Origin: Candidatus Algichlamydia australiensis
GTDB lineage: Bacteria; Chlamydiota; Chlamydiia; Chlamydiales; JAJFMI01
Direction: 5' to 3'
Length of the DNA: 64,000 nucleotides
NCBI GenBank assembly: GCA_033977065.1
Contig: JAXCHI010000004.1
Span: 288,001-352,000 of the forward strand
Shown: positions 57,510-64,000 of the stretch, in pieces
How the letters are laid out: each line of letters opens with the position of its first letter
Numbering within the stretch: the first letter of the stretch is position 1
Translations under genes and position numbers: made by a program
Notes under the pieces: generated by a model
The model's database searches: none
Seen by the model: the letters and a program-made list of their open reading frames with translations, nothing else
What the model was told of the DNA's origin: nothing

Positions 57510-58537
57510 TGAGCTTAGAACTCTTACAAAATCTTTGGTATTTAGTGCTCTGTGGAGCTGTGGTGTTGTACACAATTTTGGACGGTTTTGATATGGGAGT
57601 AGGTGCTCTCTATCTCTTTCCAAAGGCTGATCGAGATCGCCGAATTTTTTTGAATGCGATTGGCCCTGTTTGGGATGGCAATGAAGTCTGGCTTGTCATT
57701 GTAGGGGGAGGTCTCTTCGCTGGATTCCCCGCAGTCTACGCTTCAGTCTTTTCTGGCTTCTACAACCTTCTTATGCTCTTTCTAGCGGGTATTATTTTTC
57801 GCGCAGTGGCGATTGAGTTTCGATCTAAACACATCTCTAAACGTTGGCGTAGCATGTGGGACTACTTCTTTAGTTTTTCGAGCATCGTTATCGCTTTTGG
57901 ACTAGGAGTTGTTCTCGGAAATCTGATTCTTGGAGTGCCTCTCGATAGTAATGGGGACTTTATTCAGGAATTTGGATACATTGTGCGCCCATACGCAATC
58001 TTAGTGGGTGTTTTCTCAGTTGCTCTCTTTACCATGCATGGTGGCATCTACCTTTTAATGAAAACAGAAGATGAACTGCACGAGCGCCTGCGCTCATGGA
58101 TGCGTTACATTATTCCCGTGTTTTTTATTTTGTACCTTGCTGTCTCTTTCATGACCTGGATTGAAGTGCCTTCGATGGTACAACCGATGTTTGACCATCC
58201 CTACCTTTTTGCTGTACCTACTTTGACACTACTTCTTTTTGCTAACGTTTGCCGACAAGTGTACAAGCGCAATGATGGCTGGGCCTTTCTCTCCTCATCT
58301 GGAGCGATTGCGACCTTTTTTGCTCTTTATGGGATTGGAAATTATCCTGTCATCATTCGCTCAACTGTCGACCCAGTAAACAATAGTTTGACAGTTTTTA
58401 ACGCCTCTTCATCAATCGAGACGTTAAAAGTGATTATGATTGTGGTGCTCATTGGCTTGCCTCTTGTCTTTGCTTACGGCATTTGGGTGTACAAGATTTT
58501 TAGAGGGAAGGTTAAGCTTGACGCCAACAGCTATTAG
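57509..58537 (+). CDS. cydB: Cytochrome bd ubiquinol oxidase subunit II
   Basis: LDGFDMG, IGPVWDGNEVWL, FRGK end. Confidence 0.97.
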   Translation: MSLELLQNLWYLVLCGAVVLYTILDGFDMGVGALYLFPKADRDRRIFLNAIGPVWDGNEVWLVIVGGGLFAGFPAVYASVFSGFYNLLMLFLAGIIFRAVAIEFRSKHISKRWRSMWDYFFSFSSIVIAFGLGVVLGNLILGVPLDSNGDFIQEFGYIVRPYAILVGVFSVALFTMHGGIYLLMKTEDELHERLRSWMRYIIPVFFILYLAVSFMTWIEVPSMVQPMFDHPYLFAVPTLTLLLFANVCRQVYKRNDGWAFLSSSGAIATFFALYGIGNYPVIIRSTVDPVNNSLTVFNASSSIETLKVIMIVVLIGLPLVFAYGIWVYKIFRGKVKLDANSY

Positions 58538-58554
58538 AAAAAAGTTATTTGGAC

Positions 58555-58650
58555 TCACCTTGACATGCCAAATAGCGTTTCAGAGGAAGGCCGTGCAGAG
58601 CACTGCTCCTTCCTCTTGCACCGCAATTTTTCTAGTAGTCAATCTGAGCC
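58555..58650 (-). repeat. Copy of the internal core of the family G element
   Basis: Reverse complement aligns with 51995-52089 (CATGCCAAAT..GCGTTTC...CCGTGCA.AGCACT...TGCACCGCAATTTTTC). Confidence 0.85.
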
Positions 58651-58696
58651 CACTAGTCGCTTTACGTAGAGAGGATTTTTTTGAAAATTATAGGGA

Positions 58697-59140
58697 CTAT
58701 TTCGTTGGATCGTGAACTGTAAGCAGTTTACCTTTTCCATATTCGAGTATTTTATTGTCACATGTTACTAAGGCTGCGTTTTGTTCTTGGGCTGAAGCCA
58801 TAAGTATTCTATCAACAGGATCACCGTGAACTTCTCCGGCTAGGCGCGTGCTTTGTATGGCAATTTTTGGAGTTAGCTCACAAATGTTAATTCCAGCTGA
58901 ATCTAACGCCTGGTCAACCCATTCCATAGGGTCCATATCTAAGCTGAGTCTTTTTTTCTCGACGAGCATGCCTATCTCCCAGACAGACATAGGAGAAACA
59001 AGTACTCTTTGCTCTAATAAAGCAACTTTTAAGCTATCCCGAAAATGTTTTTTAAGCATGGAGTGTCCTGTCATTGTCCAAATTAAAATGTGGGTATCCA
59101 AAATAATTTTATTTTTTTTGATTTCTTTAATTACTGGCAT
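58697..59140 (-). CDS. vapC: VapC-family PIN toxin
   Basis: IILDTHILIW, SPMSVWEI, HGDPVDRIL, LVTCD. Confidence 0.92.
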   Translation of the reverse strand: MPVIKEIKKNKIILDTHILIWTMTGHSMLKKHFRDSLKVALLEQRVLVSPMSVWEIGMLVEKKRLSLDMDPMEWVDQALDSAGINICELTPKIAIQSTRLAGEVHGDPVDRILMASAQEQNAALVTCDNKILEYGKGKLLTVHDPTK

Positions 59141-59357
59141 CCCACACCTCATCAATTGGATTAATGATATCGCCATGATAATGGACCGTTCCCTTCAGTT
59201 TGCCAAATATTTCTTCTTCTTTTTCGTCGATTGGCCCGATTTGAGCTATCGGCACGTTTCGTTTTGTAATCACAATTTTTCTACGAGTGCGGCTAACTCT
59301 ATCCATCACCTTTAAGCATTCTGCTTTAAATTTGCCTGCTGGCATTTTTTCTGACAT
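59127..59357 (-). CDS. Phd/YefM-family antitoxin
   Basis: AGKFKAECLKVMDRV...IVITKRNVPIA; overlaps toxin start. Confidence 0.92.
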   Translation of the reverse strand: MSEKMPAGKFKAECLKVMDRVSRTRRKIVITKRNVPIAQIGPIDEKEEEIFGKLKGTVHYHGDIINPIDEVWDASN

Positions 59358-59380
59358 AATATAAACCTTTTTTAAAGACT

Positions 59381-59416
59381 ATGGTCATAATACCATGGTC
59401 ATGAATAAAAAATCAA
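59381..59416 (-). promoter_or_regulatory. Toxin-antitoxin promoter/operator
   Basis: TTGATT-18-TATTAT (TGn) with two near-palindromic ATGGTCAT boxes at 59381-59388 and 59395-59402. Confidence 0.6.
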
Positions 59417-59452
59417 ATTTTTAAAACTCACTAATTATCAAAACCTTAAATG

Positions 59453-59622
59453 TTAAGGAAGGTTTGAATAACTGCTGTACTGATAGCATGAGGCGAAAAT
59501 TCTAAAAAAAAGTTATTTGGAGACCGTAAATGACTGGATATAGTTATTAGAGGTTGAAAATAATCTTTTCTAGGATTTTTCGGCCGTAAGATCTACGGAT
59601 GAGTTGTTTAGACCTTTCTTAA
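59453..59622. mobile_element. Degenerate 170-bp palindromic element (family D)
   Basis: TTAAGGAAGGTTTGAATAACT / AGTTGTTTAGACCTTTCTTAA outer IR; GAAAATTCTAAAAAAAAGTTATTT / AAATAATCTTTTCTAGGATTTTTC inner IR. Confidence 0.65.
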
Positions 59623-59672
59623 AGTGGAAATTGTTGTAGAAAAACTGTTTTGTTTAAAAGAGGTTATTCAAT

Positions 59673-59724
59673 ACTCAAGTTGCTACCCAACTTATCCAGA
59701 AGGGGAAGGGGTAGTAACTTAAGT
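59673..59724 (+). repeat. Short form of palindromic element family A
   Basis: ACTCAAGTTGCTACCC...CCAGAAGGGGAAGGGGTAGTAACTTAAGT, colinear with 46611-46663. Confidence 0.85.
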
Positions 59725-59743
59725 TGGGTAATGATTTCATAAT

Positions 59744-59977
59744 TTAAAAAAAGTGCAAAGCTCCATAGAAAATACGGGCAGCTAAAAGAACAAAAAACAC
59801 ACTTACAACCCTTCGCACAGAAAAGAAGGGTGAGAGTTTTTTAAAATCAAAAAGCTGGATGCTTAAACACAAAAAAATGGACGATAGCAACAGCCTAAAA
59901 AAGAGCACAAGGACCATACCCGGAATACTTACTAGAAAACCTCCAAACAATTTCTTTTCCTCTTCAACCTTTTGCAA
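59744..59977 (-). CDS. Small hydrophobic hypothetical protein
   Basis: 77-aa ORF with two hydrophobic segments overlapping the upstream gene end; start uncertain. Confidence 0.4.
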   Translation of the reverse strand: MQKVEEEKKLFGGFLVSIPGMVLVLFFRLLLSSIFLCLSIQLFDFKKLSPFFSVRRVVSVFFVLLAARIFYGALHFF

Positions 59978-60218
59978 AAATAGCGCACAATGTTTGACAA
60001 ACTAGCACGGCAAGGGGAGATACATCTGGGTTTTCATTGCACTTATTCATGCAGTCAACAAAAGTCACAGCTTCTGCTCCGTTAATCATAGAAGTCGCAG
60101 CAATTGTGATAGCTGGAACAGCATAAGTTCCTACGTTTTTAATTACTTGATCTTTTGAAACAGCCGGAACGTAACTTCCTGCTCTTTGCACATAACCTGA
60201 TAGGGCGTCAAAACTCAT
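59964..60218 (-). CDS. Small Cys-rich protein with twin CX3C motif
   Basis: AGGAGG RBS; 84 aa; ...INGAEA-VTFVDCMNKC-13 aa-CQTLCAIFAKG. Confidence 0.75.
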   Translation of the reverse strand: MSFDALSGYVQRAGSYVPAVSKDQVIKNVGTYAVPAITIAATSMINGAEAVTFVDCMNKCNENPDVSPLAVLVCQTLCAIFAKG

Positions 60219-60333
60219 TTCGAACCTCCTGTTTTTTCCTTTTAAACGAAAATGTACAAAAAATACCACAAACAGTCAAGTGATTTTAATTGAATCTTGA
60301 TCTGCAGTCATAAAAATACATTCACGATCATGT

Positions 60334-62490
60334 CTATTCGAGGATTTTGCTAAAAGCCAGAGGCTCTGAGGCTAAAACAAAGGCTGTTGGAGGAAAGTGC
60401 TCTGTACGTGTAAGAAGTTTTTGGTAGTACTCTCCATAAGATTCCGGGGTTTCATCTAGGAGAGGGGGGCGCAGACCAAGAAAAATAAGATCAGCACCAG
60501 AGGAGGACTTTCGCATTGCTTCGGCAAAGAGATCGCCTTGAGCAAGGATCACTTCAGGTGTCAGAGGCAGGCGGCCATTGCAGGAGAGTTCGCGCAGCTT
60601 TTCTAAACTCTGCTCGCGGCTTTTTTCGTTGAAAATGGCGGTTTTCAGGTGGAGTTTTGCTCCGCGCCATTTTCCACTTGTGCGAAGCATGTGTGCAAAA
60701 AGAAGCATCAGTTCAGAGTTTTGCGGGTTAAGGCCTCCCCACCAAACATCAATCTGTTTTGGCTTTAAAGAGAAGGGGGAGCCTTCTTGAACAAGAATCA
60801 CATTTTTCTGTTCTCTGTAGGCGGTTAAGATTAGCTTTCCATACTCGGTAAATCGGCTCTCTTTGCGAGTTGTACCAAGGACAATGGTGTTAGGAGTGAG
60901 TGGACCAATACCTGCTGCTTGCGCTAGGCTCTTCATTCCATCAAAGAGGTGTGTTGAAGTAAAGGTTTCAACAAGCCCTGAGATGCGCGCCTTTTCCAAG
61001 TAATCTTCCATTTTTTTCTTAAAATTTTCTGCTTTCTGCTGCTCTTCTAAAATAGAGGCAAAGATGAGGAAACCTTGTCCATGGGTAAGGTCGTGAGTAA
61101 GCTCCATTAGGCTTTGGCGCGAGAAGGGATCTTCTAGAAAGACAAGTAAGTTGGGGCGCCACGACTTGGTCGATTTTTTCATGCGAGCAAGACCATAGAT
61201 GGAGAGGCGCGAGAAGAAGACAAGTAGCGCTTCTCGAAGATCATCGAGTTCAAAAAGTGTTTGCCGGCGCGCAGCAATGAAATAGATAGCTACCACACTC
61301 ATGAAGGCGAGTAGGGAGTGACTGGCGTCGATAAGAAGCATTACAGCAACCGCTAGCAGGGTGCCAAAAAAGGAGATGTACCATGGAAAGCGGAAAGTTG
61401 GCCGCCAGCTGGGGCTATCAAGTATTCCTTCAAAACTTGTAGCGAGGTTGAGCATAGCGTAAGAGATGAGGAAAAACATGGAGAGAACAGGAGCAATTTG
61501 ATCGATCGATCCAAGAAGAAGTCCTGCCATGACAAAAAGAGCTGTGATAACAATTGGCAATCTAATTGAGCGTCCTGCCATCCAGCGGGGTGCGATGCCA
61601 TCTTCAGCAAGCGCGCTAAGTGTTCTTGGAGCGCCAAGCATACAGGAGAGAGATGAGGAGAGTGTTGCCCCCCAGATTCCAATCAATATGAACTCTTTGA
61701 TTAGGGCAATCTCTTCCATGATCATGGGGTGTGAGATGAGCAAATCTGCAGAGACGCGCGAGGAAAGAAAGAGAGCGAGGAGAAGGTAGCTAATGTATCC
61801 AACCACTACAGCTGCAATGGTTCCCATAGGAAGCGAACGCGCAGGATTTTTTAAGTCTCCCGACATGGAGATTCCCGCCTCTATTCCTGTAACTGCAGGA
61901 AAAAATAGGGCGAAAAGGGGCCAAAAACTAATTTTTGGTATCTCTACAATTTCTGTTGAAATGGGTGTTGCGCGGCCCATAGCAAGTGAGAAGAGGGAGA
62001 TAATGATGAGCCCGAAAATGATCAGCTGACTTTTCAGAGCAATATCTGTGGAGATAAGGGCTAATGTTGTGATCAAGCTGAGCGTTGCGATCTCAATTAC
62101 TTTTGGGGAGAGAAAGGGAAGAACCCCCGTAACCGTTTCGACAAAACCTGAAATGTAAAAAGAAATAGATAGCGCCTGAGCTAAAAAAAGGGGAATACCA
62201 ATAGCACTCCCAATTTTAATTCCAAAAGTGCGCGAGAGAATGTAGTAGACGCCTCCTGAACCGATCCGCATATTTGTTGCAATAGAGGAGAGGGAGAAGG
62301 CGGTGATGAGAGTAATAAGCGAACTTAAAGAGATGATTCCAACGGTCATCCAGGGGCCTGCTACACCTACAATCCAGCCAAGTCTCAAATAAAGAATTAC
62401 CCCAAATATCGTAAGAACGCTGGGAAGAAAGACACCGGTGAAGGTACCAAACTTCGGAGAGGTAGTAAGGGTTTCTGTCTTTGTAGTCAT
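60334..62490 (-). CDS. Cation-chloride cotransporter (SLC12/CCC)-like APC transporter
   Basis: KFGTFTGVF, IFGVILYLRLGWIVG, GGVYYILSR, FFPAVTGI, PSWRPTF, WRPNLLV, IDVWWGG. Confidence 0.88.
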   Translation of the reverse strand: MTTKTETLTTSPKFGTFTGVFLPSVLTIFGVILYLRLGWIVGVAGPWMTVGIISLSSLITLITAFSLSSIATNMRIGSGGVYYILSRTFGIKIGSAIGIPLFLAQALSISFYISGFVETVTGVLPFLSPKVIEIATLSLITTLALISTDIALKSQLIIFGLIIISLFSLAMGRATPISTEIVEIPKISFWPLFALFFPAVTGIEAGISMSGDLKNPARSLPMGTIAAVVVGYISYLLLALFLSSRVSADLLISHPMIMEEIALIKEFILIGIWGATLSSSLSCMLGAPRTLSALAEDGIAPRWMAGRSIRLPIVITALFVMAGLLLGSIDQIAPVLSMFFLISYAMLNLATSFEGILDSPSWRPTFRFPWYISFFGTLLAVAVMLLIDASHSLLAFMSVVAIYFIAARRQTLFELDDLREALLVFFSRLSIYGLARMKKSTKSWRPNLLVFLEDPFSRQSLMELTHDLTHGQGFLIFASILEEQQKAENFKKKMEDYLEKARISGLVETFTSTHLFDGMKSLAQAAGIGPLTPNTIVLGTTRKESRFTEYGKLILTAYREQKNVILVQEGSPFSLKPKQIDVWWGGLNPQNSELMLLFAHMLRTSGKWRGAKLHLKTAIFNEKSREQSLEKLRELSCNGRLPLTPEVILAQGDLFAEAMRKSSSGADLIFLGLRPPLLDETPESYGEYYQKLLTRTEHFPPTAFVLASEPLAFSKILE

Positions 62491-62491
62491 T

Positions 62492-63334
62492 CTAAATATT
62501 GAGTTTTCCTGCCCAGCCAAGCTTGCTTCTTAGGGTAGAGAAGTAGTCTCTTCGGTGGAGGTTTACTAGTTTAAACTTTCTTGCACTTTTACTCACGCGA
62601 TATTGCTCATTTTTTTCTAATTCAAAAGTTTTTAACCCATCAGAAATAATTTCAATTGGCTCATTTGTACTTAGATATTCAATACTTAAATTTGAATTTG
62701 TCGGAAGAACAATTGGCCGATTTGAGATGGTGTGAGCAGAAATGGGGGTAATTACAAGAGCATCAAGCATCGGGCTGATAATAGGGCCGCCAGCAGCAAG
62801 GGAGTAGGCTGTAGAGCCGTTGGGAGTTGCGATGATTACGCCGTCAGCTTTAAAGTTTGTAAGATAGACATCATCGATATGAATAGATAGTTCAATCAAA
62901 CTGGGGTTACGAGCCCGGTGAAAGACGATATCATTTACAGCAAACGACTCCTCTCCGCGATTGGATTCACCGCGTAGAACGGTGCGCTCTTCAACGGTAT
63001 ACTCTCCCTTGAGAAGGTCATCCAAACTGGGAAAGAGATCGGGAATAGGAACATCGGCCATGAATCCAAGCTGACCCAAATTGATTCCTAAGATCGGCGC
63101 TTCGATATCAGCATACTCATGATAGATTTTTAAAATGGTACCATCGCCGCCAAGAGTGAGGATAAAATCAATTTCTGAATTTTCGACATTAGAGAGCATC
63201 TCGCAACCAAGCTCTGATGCTTCTGCATCTTCTGCAACGACGGTCACGGAGTGCCTTGCAAAAAACTCTAAAATTTCTTCACAAACCTCTTGAAAATCGG
63301 GTTTGCTTTTATTGGGGAATAAGAGAATCATCAT
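62492..63334 (-). CDS. nadK: NAD(+) kinase
   Basis: LGGDGT, GINLGQLGF, ND, DGVIIATPNGSTAYSLAAGGP. Confidence 0.96.
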   Translation of the reverse strand: MMILLFPNKSKPDFQEVCEEILEFFARHSVTVVAEDAEASELGCEMLSNVENSEIDFILTLGGDGTILKIYHEYADIEAPILGINLGQLGFMADVPIPDLFPSLDDLLKGEYTVEERTVLRGESNRGEESFAVNDIVFHRARNPSLIELSIHIDDVYLTNFKADGVIIATPNGSTAYSLAAGGPIISPMLDALVITPISAHTISNRPIVLPTNSNLSIEYLSTNEPIEIISDGLKTFELEKNEQYRVSKSARKFKLVNLHRRDYFSTLRSKLGWAGKLNI

Positions 63335-64000
63335 GGGAGACCACTCTGTTTGCTATTTGCTCTGCTGTTAATTCTATCTCTCTCAGCAGACTTTTGCGAT
63401 CGCCATGTTCCACATAGCGATCAGGCACACCGATAGTTTGGAGCTGCACATTTTTAACCCCTTCACGCACCATCCAGTTCGATACTTCGGCACCGAGGCC
63501 ACTGTTAACAGCGTGCTCTTCAATTGTGATGAGGCGCTTATGAGTAAGCGCAATGGAGTAGAGCATCTCCTCATCAAGCGGTTTGACAAAGATGGGATCG
63601 ATAATTGTGGGTTCATATCCTTGCTTGCGCAAAATCTCTGCCACGTCAAATGCGGTGTCGACCATATGACCAAGAGCAATAATCGCAATCTCTTTTCCGG
63701 CAACAAGAACTTCACTTTTTCCCAATTTGCGTTTTTGTTTAATTTCTCCGCTCTCTGTCAGCATATTTGGATAGCGAATCGCAACAGGACGCTTCCATTC
63801 GAATGCGACCTCCATTAGCTCGCGTAAAACTTCACCTGAGCGTGGCACGGCAATGACCATATTGGGCATCGCGCGTAAGAATGAGAGGTCATAAATTCCA
63901 TGGTGGGTGCAGCCATCTGCGGCAGAAAGTGAGCTACGATCAATTGCGAAAAGAACAGGTAGGCGTTGCAAACAGACATCGTGAAAGAGATTGTCAAAGG
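63309..64000 (-). CDS. dxs: 1-deoxy-D-xylulose-5-phosphate synthase (5' part outside window)
   Basis: FDNLFHDVCLQRLPV..AIDR...DGCTHHG.YD, AIRYP, FVKPLD, TIEEH. Confidence 0.95.
   Translation of the reverse strand, partial: FDNLFHDVCLQRLPVLFAIDRSSLSAADGCTHHGIYDLSFLRAMPNMVIAVPRSGEVLRELMEVAFEWKRPVAIRYPNMLTESGEIKQKRKLGKSEVLVAGKEIAIIALGHMVDTAFDVAEILRKQGYEPTIIDPIFVKPLDEEMLYSIALTHKRLITIEEHAVNSGLGAEVSNWMVREGVKNVQLQTIGVPDRYVEHGDRKSLLREIELTAEQIANRVVSHDDSLIPQ

Noticed and set aside
5..63997. Numerous 60-155 aa ORFs antisense or out of frame to long genes
   Set aside because: Shadow ORFs fully overlapping well-supported genes, with no motifs
1..64000. tRNA, rRNA, prophage, integrase or CRISPR-Cas features
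   Set aside because: None recognisable by eye; a tRNAscan/Rfam run would be needed to exclude small RNAs

Overview
64 kb of bacterial chromosome, almost certainly from an environmental member of phylum Chlamydiae. Evidence: a double-length UvrA and the chlamydial gene neighbourhoods fabH-fabD-fabG-acpP, ssb-pepA, htrB/lpxL-ybbR-dacA-cydAB and uvrA/pyk/dxs. The backbone is housekeeping: fatty-acid synthesis, potABCD, trxB, acpS, rlmH, lgt, ssb, pepA, mazG, SRP RNA, uvrA, pyk, rsmE, c-di-AMP synthesis, cytochrome bd, NAD kinase and dxs. Four tandem arrays of AT-rich orphan paralogs (Inc/effector-like) interrupt it. Two of these arrays carry fossil fragments of the adjacent housekeeping gene (acpP 3' end, uvrA 5' end), showing local gene-accordion duplication. 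Most larger intergenic gaps hold small palindromic elements from at least six families. These show terminal inverted repeats, short flanking direct repeats, internal-deletion derivatives, nesting and compensatory base changes, yet no transposase lies in the window. Other notable items are an ankyrin protein ending in a eukaryotic CaaX box, a twin-CX3C peptide, many apparently leaderless promoters, and a Phd-VapC module. All calls come from reading the sequence by eye; no database searches were run.
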